64,000 nt of DNA from a plasmid. Positions 20,894-30,494 of this stretch are shown here, piece by piece. The position numbers were made by a program, and so were the translations under genes. Numbering within the stretch: the first letter of the stretch is position 1; the number at the start of each line of letters is the position of its first letter. Below the pieces are notes generated by a model, which saw nothing but the letters and a program-made list of their open reading frames with translations, was not told the origin of the DNA and ran no database searches. The stretch lies in sequence record AP029160.1; one strand, written 5' to 3'.

Positions 20894-21007
20894 TAGGTTT
20901 AAAAAAAAGCACTGATGTGTTTTTTTAAACCTCCGTTCACTACGCCGACAACAGTTCAAACGGCCTTGACTCGCCCCTAAAGGAGCGAGAATGCGGCCTT
21001 GTTTTAT

Positions 21008-21319
21008 TCAATCCGTAAAAACAATATGTGCTTTTTTCCCATTACAATAAGCAATATGTGCAATGGTTTCTAACGTAAGATTACCTGAGCCTTTGAGGAT
21101 TTTTGAGGCCATGGATAAACTCAAATCGTGCTCTTTGGCAAAACTTCTAAACCCAAGATTATTTTCAGCCATCACTTTTGAAACGAATTTAGAGATATCT
21201 TCTTGAAGAAGCCTTAACGTTTCCAATTCTTGCTCTGCTTCTTTGTCTGCTGCGGCCATTTCTTCTTCTGAAAGAAACTCTTTAAAGACATCATCCACAT
21301 TTTTAAGTCGTATAGTCAT
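21008..21319 (-). CDS. HTH (XRE-like) antitoxin, HigA-like
   Basis: 103 aa, overlaps the upstream toxin by 17 nt. Paralogue of 22325..22687 (LTLETIAHIA aligns with LTLASIAHIA). Confidence 0.65.
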   Translation of the reverse strand: MTIRLKNVDDVFKEFLSEEEMAAADKEAEQELETLRLLQEDISKFVSKVMAENNLGFRSFAKEHDLSLSMASKILKGSGNLTLETIAHIAYCNGKKAHIVFTD

Positions 21320-21707
21320 GAATGCCCTCCTTTAATAATTTATTCCTTCGAGCTTTTGCTCGCTCGATATCTGCTTTTTGCGTGGATTTATCACCTACAA
21401 TTAAGATCACCGTTAAGGTGTTATCGATAAATGTGTAATAAATCCGAAACCCACTGCTTAAGTCCCTGAGTTCGTAAACCCCTTCCCCTAAAAATTTAGA
21501 GGCAGGAGAACCGAGTTCTCTTCCTTGTAGCTGCAACATTCTGATAAGTTTTCTGATTTTTTTAGCATCGTTTTTATCTTTCAAGCTTTTTAAAAACTCA
21601 GATAAAACATCTTGTTTGCCGTCCTCGCAATATGCTTTCACTTCAATTTCCACAGCAACCACTCCTTGTTGTTCGGCATAAGAGAATGATACTTTATAAA
21701 GAATCAC
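21303..21707 (-). CDS. RelE/ParE-superfamily toxin (phage Gp49/HigB-like addiction-module killer)
   Basis: 134 aa. GVYELRDLSSGFRIYYTF...GDKSTQKADIERAKA. Confidence 0.65.
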   Translation of the reverse strand: MILYKVSFSYAEQQGVVAVEIEVKAYCEDGKQDVLSEFLKSLKDKNDAKKIRKLIRMLQLQGRELGSPASKFLGEGVYELRDLSSGFRIYYTFIDNTLTVILIVGDKSTQKADIERAKARRNKLLKEGIHDYTT

Positions 21708-22001
21708 TTGTCAAAGGGTTTTCGCTGAAAGTGTTGCTATTATATCAACAATTCCCCTAATTTAAATGTACAAAAAACACTTAAAACTTCCACGCTCCCC
21801 ACACAACATAATGGGAGTTATCATAACTGACTTGGTAAATGCTCTATTTTTAGGCGGTTACTCTGCCAGTATAGTAGCAAGATTGAAATTTTTTTAGGCC
21901 AGAACTTGATGGTTTGATAGCAAACAAAACGGATTGACTGATACAATATATTATACTACTATAAAGTATATCAGGAGGATGTCGATGTGATAGAGGAATA
22001 G

Positions 22002-22322
22002 GAACTCACGTTTTGGTCAGAAGGAGAAAGTTCTCCGCCCGTACAAGAATGGCTCGATGATTTAACTCAGGAACAGTTGAAAGCAATTTCAAAAGAGCTG
22101 ATGCTTTTAAAAAAAGCTGGGAATAAATTACGTATTCCTCATAGTAAACCTATAGATACTAGTTTGTTTGAATTGAGAGAGCGGCGTTTTGGCTACAGAG
22201 TTTATTATACCTTCGACAAAGGGAAGATTATCATACTCATTGCTGCTGGGGATAAGAGTTCTCAAAAAAGAGACATCAAAATAGCTCGTGAACGTCTCGC
22301 AAAATTAAAAGGCGGTAAGTAA
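22002..22322 (+). CDS. Second RelE/ParE-superfamily toxin paralogue (start codon unclear; possibly TTG, or a degraded 5' end)
   Basis: LFELRERRFGYRVYYTF...GDKSSQKRDIKIARE. The frame is open from 22002 with no ATG before the TTG at 22077. Confidence 0.5.
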   Translation, partial: ELTFWSEGESSPPVQEWLDDLTQEQLKAISKELMLLKKAGNKLRIPHSKPIDTSLFELRERRFGYRVYYTFDKGKIIILIAAGDKSSQKRDIKIARERLAKLKGGK

Positions 22323-22324
22323 AC

Positions 22325-22687
22325 ATGAAAGTAAAAAATTTTAATGACTATCTCAAAACAAGACTTAACGAATCTGAAATTGCTGAAATTGAAGCTCAAG
22401 CAGAAAGAGAGTTTCAAGCATTAAAAGCACTACAACAAGGTGTTGCACAGGCTATCAATGCTTACATGAAAAAAGAAAACATCGGATTTAATGACATGGT
22501 TAGAAAACTTGATATTAGTCCTTCAAAACTCTCTAAAATTCAAAAAGGAGAAGCGAATCTGACTCTTGCGAGTATTGCTCACATTGCAGCATTGCTAAAA
22601 CAAAAACCTATTGTTAATTTTAAAGATGATGAAAAAGAAAATGATTTTCAAATCTACGAATCAAAATTTCACGGTAAAACATTTTAG
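22325..22687 (+). CDS. HTH (XRE-like) antitoxin, paralogue
   Basis: 120 aa, 3 nt after the toxin stop. Confidence 0.65.
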   Translation: MKVKNFNDYLKTRLNESEIAEIEAQAEREFQALKALQQGVAQAINAYMKKENIGFNDMVRKLDISPSKLSKIQKGEANLTLASIAHIAALLKQKPIVNFKDDEKENDFQIYESKFHGKTF

Positions 22688-22743
22688 AGAGGTGAGCTAA
22701 GTAAGGCTGGAATTCAGTGACAAGGGCTCCATCTACTTGCCCT

Positions 22744-23241
22744 TTAAAATCCCCAATCCCCTATTGAATTAATGTAAATAAAAGAATCAGATTGATTATC
22801 TACTTTAATAAGTTTATCAGCTTCAATTCTTTTGTCTTCAATTAATTTATCAACATGAATTTGATTTAATTTAAATGCACTAAACATATTTTGTTTTTGA
22901 TCTACATAACAAGAATGTCCTCCAGTGGCAGGTCCATTACGTTTAATGGAAATGCTTTCGTATCTAGGAGTTCCTCCACAAATTTCAATACAAATTTTAT
23001 CTAAGGATTCAAATATTTTATGCCTAGCCTCCCTATCTTTAAAACTTCCTCTACAAATCATTTGGTGTTCTTGTTCATCATAATTAACTCCTGAAGCTTC
23101 CGAACCTATTAAACTATCTGATGTATTTAAACAAGAATTTATCCATTCTGCGGAGCATTTTGAAAGTTCTGCATTTGCTATAATTGGAGTAAAAAAAGAA
23201 GATAAAAGAGCTGTTGCATTGAATAATAATTTAACTTTCAT
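22744..23241 (-). CDS. Secreted Cys-containing hypothetical protein
   Basis: 165 aa with a signal peptide (LLSSFFTPIIANA). Confidence 0.35.
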   Translation of the reverse strand: MKVKLLFNATALLSSFFTPIIANAELSKCSAEWINSCLNTSDSLIGSEASGVNYDEQEHQMICRGSFKDREARHKIFESLDKICIEICGGTPRYESISIKRNGPATGGHSCYVDQKQNMFSAFKLNQIHVDKLIEDKRIEADKLIKVDNQSDSFIYINSIGDWGF

Positions 23242-23520
23242 TGATTCCTCTTTATAAGAAAAAATACATATAATTTCTAAATTTTACTTTTTCAGTAAAG
23301 ATCGTAAGTATTTTTTTATTATGGCAATAAATTAAATAGGTTCAATCCAAAAAAATAAATTGCTTTTACTTTTAAAAGAATACTTTCTTAACCTAAAAAG
23401 CTTTCGATCGATATCATATAAAAATATAATTTTCAAATTAATCACAGTTATTTAATTATAAAAATTATATTTTAAAATAAAATTAAAAATATTAATTAAA
23501 ATAGAAGTTGTCCAACATAA

Positions 23521-24036
23521 TTATGCTACCAAGTAATCATTATGAATATTGAATTTCTTGATAAATATTAAGCAATGTGCCATCCAAATAAAATCCTCAA
23601 ATAGTTTAGGATTTCTTTCATATCGAACATTGACCTTTCGATAATTTTTTAAATGTGCATTTGTTCTTTCCACTATATATCGTTTTTTTAACCTTCGTGC
23701 TTCTCGACCATCTTGGGTTATGTTTTTACGATTTAGTTTATGATAAGCAACAAGGGTTACTCCCATCTTTTTACACTTCATATCTAACTTATCTGAGTCA
23801 TATGCTCGATCACCCAAAATATATTTAGGCATTGTGTGTGAAATAGAATTTTTTAAAGTTTTTATTAGCAATTGAGATTCATGAGGATTAGCAGAGTCAA
23901 TGTGAAGAGAAATCAATAAACCCTCTTTATCTACCATTTGCATGACTTTTGTGCCTTTTCCTACTTTAGTATTTCCAATCTTACTGCCACTCATTGCAGC
24001 TTTTACAAAAGTTCCATCTACTACAAAAGTATTCAA
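23521..24036 (-). pseudogene. IS5-family (IS4/IS5 DDE) transposase, C-terminal fragment
   Basis: LGDRAYDSDKL...IVERTNAHLKNYRKVNVRYERNPKLFEDF. The N-terminal half is absent; the Tn552-like left end begins 50 bp upstream. Confidence 0.55.
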
Positions 24037-24087
24037 ATTTTCATTGAAATTCTTGGTATATATTTCAAAAAGTATCTGATAGGTATC

Positions 24088-24260
24088 TGTTACGGCTCAC
24101 GAACATCGGAGGGTCTGGATCGCAATCAAAGACAAATTGGGCTCAAATTAAATGCGAATACAAAACTCTTCAAACTCACTTTAAATGCGAATGAGCTCAT
24201 TCGCAAAGCACTCGGGATCGCAATCATCAACTTTGACTCACTTTAAATGCGAATGAAAAA
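24088..24260. repeat. Left inverted end with repeated TTAAATGCGAATG and GGATCGCAATC boxes
   Basis: Aligns with the reverse complement of 28380..28553. Confidence 0.6.
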
Positions 24261-24279
24261 TTGCTTTAAAAGCAAATTA

Positions 24280-25263
24280 TTATCTTGTTGCTCCAATTGT
24301 AATACCAAGATGCGTTAGCTCTTCATCAATTTCATGAGCTCTTCCAGCTGGTAATCTTCCTTTTTGATAATCTTTTATTTCTGAAACAGATACTCCAATA
24401 CTTTCTGATAGTCGACCTATTGGATAACCTTGTCGTGTTAATCGTGATTCTAAAGAATCAAAGTTTTTTCCAATTACATCACAAACCGTATTTTCTGAAA
24501 TAGGTTTTTCAGCAGTTAAATATCCTTCTGATAAAACCCTCCATGTGTAACATTCCATTTCTAAAGGTGTTTTAAGCTTTGAAATAAGAGCTTTTCTAGC
24601 TCCAGCAGTGAAGATATCTGAGATTTTAACATTTGGTTCAAGACAAGAAGAAAGCATCCAATCAAAAAACTTTTCCTCACATCCATCAATTCCCTTCATA
24701 ATAACATGCTGGGTTCGCATTCCTATTTCTTGCATAGATGCTCTGTGGAGTTCAAATTTTAATCTAGGATGCCCTACAAGGACAATGGCAAGCCTTCCTC
24801 CAGCTTTGGAAATAAGTTCCATTAATCTTTTGAGTTCTATAAGTGTCTGCATTGGAAGATCATGTTCTTCGTCTATAAATATTGCTACGGGCACGTTACG
24901 TCTTGTAATCAACTTTTGTATTTGCCTCATTCTGAGCTCAGTACGCTTATGAAGAGTAATAGTGTCTTCATCTGCCAGATCTGCAACCATGGCATCGATT
25001 AAGGTATTTAAATTAACTTTATTTTTATCAATTGAAAGACTAGATACAACAAGGATGTTCCCCTCTTTCTCTAAATCGATCATTATTCTGTGTAGTGAGC
25101 TTGTTTTTCCCACCCCAATCGGACCTGTTAAAGCAATGAGATCTCCTGATGGCATATATTTTTTAAGATCTTCAAACATTGGACCATAGCTTTCATCCAC
25201 AAAATATCCTGCATTTTTAAGTTCTTTTGTTAAGCCGTAGTATTGCATCATTTCAATTATCAT
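24280..25263 (-). CDS. TniB/MuB-like AAA+ transposition ATPase
   Basis: 327 aa. Walker A GPIGVGKTSSL, Walker B IFIDEEHDL. Confidence 0.75.
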   Translation of the reverse strand: MIIEMMQYYGLTKELKNAGYFVDESYGPMFEDLKKYMPSGDLIALTGPIGVGKTSSLHRIMIDLEKEGNILVVSSLSIDKNKVNLNTLIDAMVADLADEDTITLHKRTELRMRQIQKLITRRNVPVAIFIDEEHDLPMQTLIELKRLMELISKAGGRLAIVLVGHPRLKFELHRASMQEIGMRTQHVIMKGIDGCEEKFFDWMLSSCLEPNVKISDIFTAGARKALISKLKTPLEMECYTWRVLSEGYLTAEKPISENTVCDVIGKNFDSLESRLTRQGYPIGRLSESIGVSVSEIKDYQKGRLPAGRAHEIDEELTHLGITIGATR

Positions 25264-25273
25264 TTTTACATCC

Positions 25274-26470
25274 TTATGAACTTTCTTGCCTAAGATTTAG
25301 TTCCTGTTGAATCCATTCGAGGATTTTGTCTTTTTCTAAGGTCTTTGACAAGAAGCTATGAAGATCATTTAATTTTTCTAGAGATAGTTTTCCTAGTGGT
25401 ATACCTATAGTGTGAGCAATGAACTTTCTTGCGGCATATTCTGAAGGGAATCGAATTTCGTTAAATGGGTCAGGATCAACAAAAGGACGCATACGGATGG
25501 TTTCTGAAGGTAAACTTTTATTTTCATTGTTTGCAGGAAGATGAATTGTATCCATAGTTTCTCTTGGTATAGATAGTTCGTTCGCTATTTTTTCTATTTT
25601 ATCAATTCTTCTTTCAGCTTCTGTTTTTTTATAAGATCTGTATTTATTTAATTGCAACGGGTAGCCTGTTTGCTGGAAAGGGCCGTATTTTGCTCCTTCA
25701 AATTCTATAAAAATGTCCGTTTCTAATAAACCATTCCAAACAATTACTGTTTTTCCCATTAACTCATGATCAACGGAATAAATAATACCATCAAGAGAAA
25801 TAGTACAATCAGAATTCACTGTTCTTTCAACTGGTTCTCTAACAAGAGAAGAAAAGCGCTCCCATGAGCACATTTGTCGAATTCCTTCTTCAGGGATATT
25901 TTTAATCCAATCCTCAATTCGAGAGCATTCTTGGCTACGATGAGGCATCTGTGAATAGCGAATTAAAAACGGGAAAAGCCATTTATTAGCTTCTTTTTCA
26001 TCTTTTGGTTTATGGAAATGGTATAAAGTTTCATGAAGCTCTTTGACAGTACGAAATGGTCTTTCAACTTTTCCCTTTGATCTTGCGGTAATTCTTCTAC
26101 CATCCGAATTTCTAGGCATATGGCATCTCAATTCGATTCCTAAATTTTGCATCGCTCGTTGAAAAATCGCACTTTTTGCGATGGGTCCATTATCCATATA
26201 AATAACCTTTGGGATGCCTTGAAAAGGAAAATTCTCATTCTCTTTTTTTGACATAGCATTAAATAAAAACATTAATGCTGCAATAACATCTTCTCCATAA
26301 ACAACATGATATTCTTGATAAGAAACTCCACTCCTGTCATCAACAACACTGTAAAGCATTAGTATTGCTTTACCATGCTTAGGATCCACCCATTCTGGCA
26401 TTATTTCTATATATTTAAGTAGTTTTCGTAGATTAATTAAGGCTTCTTGTGGAATTAGTTTCCGATTCAT
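25274..26470 (-). CDS. DDE (rve-fold) TniA/Tn552 p480-like transposase
   Basis: 398 aa. VIYMDNGPIA...KGKVERPFRTVKE places the catalytic D and E in an integrase core. Confidence 0.7.
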   Translation of the reverse strand: MNRKLIPQEALINLRKLLKYIEIMPEWVDPKHGKAILMLYSVVDDRSGVSYQEYHVVYGEDVIAALMFLFNAMSKKENENFPFQGIPKVIYMDNGPIAKSAIFQRAMQNLGIELRCHMPRNSDGRRITARSKGKVERPFRTVKELHETLYHFHKPKDEKEANKWLFPFLIRYSQMPHRSQECSRIEDWIKNIPEEGIRQMCSWERFSSLVREPVERTVNSDCTISLDGIIYSVDHELMGKTVIVWNGLLETDIFIEFEGAKYGPFQQTGYPLQLNKYRSYKKTEAERRIDKIEKIANELSIPRETMDTIHLPANNENKSLPSETIRMRPFVDPDPFNEIRFPSEYAARKFIAHTIGIPLGKLSLEKLNDLHSFLSKTLEKDKILEWIQQELNLRQESS

Positions 26471-27147
26471 GAAAACCCCACTAAATTTTTATTTAAAGCT
26501 TTAAAAGAAGAATAATTTTTCATTATATCATAATAAGTGCTTCTGGATATCCGAAATTTCTTGCAAAGATCGCTAACTGTTCTTTCCCCTTTACAGGACT
26601 CAACTATCAAAGAGCTAATATCTAGTTCTCCCAATGCTTTAGGACGCCCCCTTCCTTTCATTTTTCCTTGTGCTTTTGCAATTGCAACACCTTCTCTTAC
26701 CCTTTCGCAAATGATATCTCTTTCTAACTGAGCAAATACAGCCATGATTCCTACCATTGCTTGGCTAAAATGATCGTCTTTTGTGGAATCAATGGCTGGT
26801 TCAGAGAGCGATTTATAAGCTATTTTTCTTTGTGAAAGATCTTCTAGAGTCTTCATAATCCCAGAAAGCGTTCTTCCTAATCTATCAAGCCGATAGACAA
26901 AAAGAGTATCTCCTTTTTGTAACTTTGCTAAAAGGGACTTAAGTTGGGGCCTTTCCATGCTTTTTCCCGTAGCGACTTCTGATATGATTTCTTGGGCCCC
27001 AGCTGCTTTTAAGGCTTTAATTTGTAAAGATAAATTTTGATCTGAAGTTGAAATCCGAGCATAACCATAAATTCCCATTTTGGCCTCATTTTTTGGACAG
27101 GGTTTTTCGGACATAAAAAATCTAGTAAATTCAATACATGAAAACAA
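26467..27147 (-). CDS. Serine recombinase (resolvase/BinL-like)
   Basis: MGIYGYARISTSDQNLSLQ...DRLGR...C-terminal HTH. The likely true start is the M at ~27078. Confidence 0.8.
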   Translation of the reverse strand: MFSCIEFTRFFMSEKPCPKNEAKMGIYGYARISTSDQNLSLQIKALKAAGAQEIISEVATGKSMERPQLKSLLAKLQKGDTLFVYRLDRLGRTLSGIMKTLEDLSQRKIAYKSLSEPAIDSTKDDHFSQAMVGIMAVFAQLERDIICERVREGVAIAKAQGKMKGRGRPKALGELDISSLIVESCKGERTVSDLCKKFRISRSTYYDIMKNYSSFKALNKNLVGFS

Positions 27148-27264
27148 GTACTCTTGGTTGTAGTCAAAGATACCTCATATTTTTTGAAATTGTTTCGAAT
27201 ATTTCTAATATTGCATTTATTTCGTTTATGTGGTAGAATATGCTGTGAGTTAAGAAAGGATATT

Positions 27265-27741
27265 ATGAAAATAAGCACTCTAACATTGATAGAAGAATAT
27301 ACACCAACAGTTGAGGATACTAAAAAAGCTGAAATTGTAATTAAAGATATTTCTAATTTCAGTGAAAAGAAAAAGATTAAAAATCTTGAGCTTGCGTTAA
27401 ACTTCCAAGGTAATATAAAGAATTTACAACTTCCATTAAGTATTATGCCATTTTTAATGGATATATTAAATGAAGTTGCTCATGGAAATTCAGTTACTAT
27501 TGTGCCATTTAATAAGGAATTTACAACGCAAGAAGCAGCGGATATTTTAAACGTATCACGCCCATTTATTATTAAAATTCTTGAGTCAGGACAAATACCA
27601 TTTCATAAAGTTGGTGCACACAGAAGAATCAAAGCAAAAGATATTATGGCATTCAAGAAAAAAATGAATAAAAAAAGTAAAGATGCACTTGAAAAATTGG
27701 CAAAAATTTCTCAAGAAGATAAACTTGGTTATGAAGACTAA
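27265..27741 (+). CDS. HTH DNA-binding protein (MerR/excisionase-type), putative antitoxin
   Basis: FTTQEAADILNVSRPFIIKILESGQIPFHKVGAHRRI. Immediately upstream of the PIN gene with a 2-nt gap. Confidence 0.55.
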   Translation: MKISTLTLIEEYTPTVEDTKKAEIVIKDISNFSEKKKIKNLELALNFQGNIKNLQLPLSIMPFLMDILNEVAHGNSVTIVPFNKEFTTQEAADILNVSRPFIIKILESGQIPFHKVGAHRRIKAKDIMAFKKKMNKKSKDALEKLAKISQEDKLGYED

Positions 27742-27743
27742 AA

Positions 27744-28322
27744 ATGAACAGTAATAATTTTGTTGTTATTTATGACGCCTGTATTTTATATCCAGCAAAT
27801 TTAAGAGATTTTTTACTCCATTTGGCTTTAACAAATCAATTTAAAGCTAAATGGAGTGATGATATACATGAAGAATGGATTAATAATTTACTAAAGAATA
27901 GACCTGATTTGAAAATAGAAAGGTTAAATAAGACAAGAGAGCTGATGGAATTGGCTGTGCCTGATGCTAATATTCCAAAATTAAGGTACCAAGAAATATT
28001 AACATCAATTTCTTTACCAGATCCTGACGATAAGCATGTATTAGCAGCAGCAATTGTATGTCAAGCTCAATATATTGTAACTTTTAATTTGAAAGATTTT
28101 CCTAAGAAAATATTAAGTAAATATGAAATTGAAGCAATTCACCCTGATGACTTTATTTGTCATTTAATAAATCTTTCTCCTGAAAATGTACTTGATTCTA
28201 TTTCTAATCAATTAAATAGCTTGAAAAACCCTCCAATAAAAATGAATGATTTGATAAAAATCCATAAAAAAAGCGGTCTTCACAAGAGTATGCAACAAAT
28301 AGAAACCATGCTTGATATTTAA
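27744..28322 (+). CDS. PIN-domain protein, putative toxin
   Basis: 192 aa. VVIYDACILYPANLRDFL with the N-terminal acidic residue of PIN; further D/E residues at the conserved spacing. Confidence 0.6.
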   Translation: MNSNNFVVIYDACILYPANLRDFLLHLALTNQFKAKWSDDIHEEWINNLLKNRPDLKIERLNKTRELMELAVPDANIPKLRYQEILTSISLPDPDDKHVLAAAIVCQAQYIVTFNLKDFPKKILSKYEIEAIHPDDFICHLINLSPENVLDSISNQLNSLKNPPIKMNDLIKIHKKSGLHKSMQQIETMLDI

Positions 28323-28379
28323 ATTTGAAATGATTTACTAAATTTTTTCTTCTGATGATATAAAAATCATTCATCAGCG

Positions 28380-28553
28380 ATTTTTCATTCGCATTTAATC
28401 TGAGCCCATGTTTATGATTGCGATCCCAAGTGCATTGCGAATGAGCCCAATCGCATTTAAAGTGAGTTTGGAGAGTTTCATATTCGCATTTAATTTGATC
28501 CCAATTTGTCTTTGATTGCGATCCAGACCCTCCGATGTTCGTGAGCCGTAACA
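28380..28553. repeat. Right inverted end of the Tn552-like element
   Basis: Three ATTCGCATTTAA boxes, two GATTGCGATCC boxes, and a terminal ...CCGTAACA. Confidence 0.6.
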
Positions 28554-29026
28554 GTTAACGGTTATTATACAAATATATTTTTACCGGATGGGAAAGGAGA
28601 GGAAATTAAATTATTAGAAGAGAAATGTAGAAAAGAGGTGAGCAAATATAATAAAAAATATTTATATGCCCAACCAATTTTTTATTACTTTGGTTTAATT
28701 CCATCTAGTTATTCATTATTTGGAACAAATATCAAGAATACTATTTCATTATCAAATGGATACTTGCCTAAAAAAATAGATTATGATTATATGAATAGTT
28801 TTATAATAGTACCAAAACGTTCTATTAAATCTCTTAATTAGAATATTTCAAAATCAAATTGGAATAAAGAAAAACTTAGGCTTTTAAGTTTAATTAACTT
28901 AAATAGAGTTTAAAATTAATTTACCACAAAAATCTGAAAAAGATGTATTAGAGGATTTAAAAATAAAGCTCAAAAATAAAAAAGAGTTAATAGAAACTGC
29001 GAATCTCATAAAGAATAGAAATTATT

Positions 29027-30235
29027 CTATTTTAAGTTCAACGTTACAACAAATTTTGTATTTAAAGAATTTTCATCATAAATAATTGTACCTTTATGAG
29101 ATTCTATAATACCCTTTGCAACACATAATCCAAGCCCTTTTGGAAAATTAAAAGCTTCCTTTGCTGATATAAATGGTTCCATAATTCTTTTAATAAATTC
29201 TTTATCTTCAATTTTTCTACCGCTATCAATAAAATTAATAACTATATGAGTATCTTTTTCTATACATTCTATATCTATATATTTATTTCCATCATTAATT
29301 TTGCATAAACTTTCATAAGAATTTAAAATTATATTATAAAAAGCGATAGATAAATTAACTAATTTACATTTTATTAATAAATTTTCATTAATATTTAATT
29401 TAATATGGATATTTTCCCTTTCTATAGACTTTTGAAGAAAAAATAATGATGTTTTAATTACATCTAAAATTTTATTTTCAGTTATAATTTCATCTTCATC
29501 TGAATTAGCAAATTTCCGAAGAGAAGAAACAATTTTATGTATTCTTTTTAAACTTAATTCTAAAGCATTAAAGTCGGATTGAAGATTTAGTTGTTTGTAA
29601 TTTTTTAAATTTTCTTTTATTTTTTTATCTATCAGATATATTTTTCCATTGATTATAGCAAGAGGATTATTTATTTCGTGAGCAATACCAGATGAAAGAT
29701 TTAAAATTGAACTAAGTCTTTCTTTTTTTATTAACTCTTTATGAACTTTTTCTAGTTCAATATTTTTTTTGTATATTTCAAAGTAATTAATAATTTGTTT
29801 TGATAAATTTTTTAATATATCAATTTGAAACTTATTAAGTTTTTTTTCTTTCCTATCTATAACGCACAATGTGCCAATATTATACCCATTTTTTGATTTT
29901 AAGGGCTGTCCTGCATAAAATCTTATATTTGGATTTCCTTGAACTAAAGGATCATCTTTAAATCTACCATCACTTATTGCATCTTCTACTATAAATATAT
30001 CGTCGTGTCCAATTGCGTGTGTACAGAATGAAATATTCCTAGGTGTTTCATCTGCTTCTAAACCTATTTTTGACTTAAACCACTGTCTGTTCTCGTCTAC
30101 AAGAGAAATTAAAGCTATCGGTGTTTCACAAACTAAAGAAGCGATTTTAGTTATTTCATCAAGGTCTATATCTTTTGGTGTATCTAACATTAAATAACTT
30201 CTAAGTTCCTCAATCCTTTTAGATTCTAAATCCAT
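29027..30235 (-). CDS. GAF-domain sensor histidine kinase (cytoplasmic)
   Basis: GAF region, then HisKA (SSGIAHEINNPLAIINGK with the phospho-accepting His), then HATPase_c. No response regulator adjacent. Confidence 0.75.
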   Translation of the reverse strand: MDLESKRIEELRSYLMLDTPKDIDLDEITKIASLVCETPIALISLVDENRQWFKSKIGLEADETPRNISFCTHAIGHDDIFIVEDAISDGRFKDDPLVQGNPNIRFYAGQPLKSKNGYNIGTLCVIDRKEKKLNKFQIDILKNLSKQIINYFEIYKKNIELEKVHKELIKKERLSSILNLSSGIAHEINNPLAIINGKIYLIDKKIKENLKNYKQLNLQSDFNALELSLKRIHKIVSSLRKFANSDEDEIITENKILDVIKTSLFFLQKSIERENIHIKLNINENLLIKCKLVNLSIAFYNIILNSYESLCKINDGNKYIDIECIEKDTHIVINFIDSGRKIEDKEFIKRIMEPFISAKEAFNFPKGLGLCVAKGIIESHKGTIIYDENSLNTKFVVTLNLK

Positions 30236-30494
30236 TTAATAACCTTATAGTAAAAATATTTATTTTGCTCTTAGCCAAGATATAGTAACAGAGTCTTTTT
30301 TAGTAAAGCCTGCATTTTTTGCACATGTTTAATATTTTGTTTTTATAGGTCTTTACTTTTATTCGCTTGCTTTTGAAATTTGAATTTCTTTTTTAGGCTA
30401 CAAGGCTAGCTCAATAGGACTTTTTTTAAAGAGTTTCAATTTGATTTAAAATATGATAAGATAGAATAAAATATTTAATTTAAATTTAAAATCT

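Larger units (their letters stand above)
18945..20995. mobile_element. IS200/IS605-family element (divergent tnpA and tnpB)
   Basis: Subterminal hairpins CTCGACCCTAAAGGGAGCGAG (tnpB side, ~18993) and CTCGCCCCTAAAGGAGCGAG (tnpA side, ~20975), plus a long A/T-stem hairpin at 20897..20932. Confidence 0.65.
24088..28553. mobile_element. Tn552/Tn5053-like transposon (resolvase, DDE TniA-like, AAA+ TniB-like) with ~170-bp inverted ends and an HTH-PIN cargo
   Basis: The ends are reverse complements of each other (TGTTACGGCTCACGAACATCGGAGGGTCTGGATCGCAATC...). Each carries three TTAAATGCGAATG boxes and two GGATCGCAATC boxes. The terminal TGT is typical of Mu/Tn7/Tn552-type elements. Confidence 0.65.

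Noticed and set aside
24608-25189. Plus-strand ORFs inside tniB
   Set aside because: Antisense to tniB, no motifs.
28638-28841. 67-aa ORF after the Tn552-like right end as the missing IS5 transposase N-terminus
   Set aside because: It is on the wrong strand relative to the IS5 fragment at 23521..24036, and has only a weak YYF resemblance.
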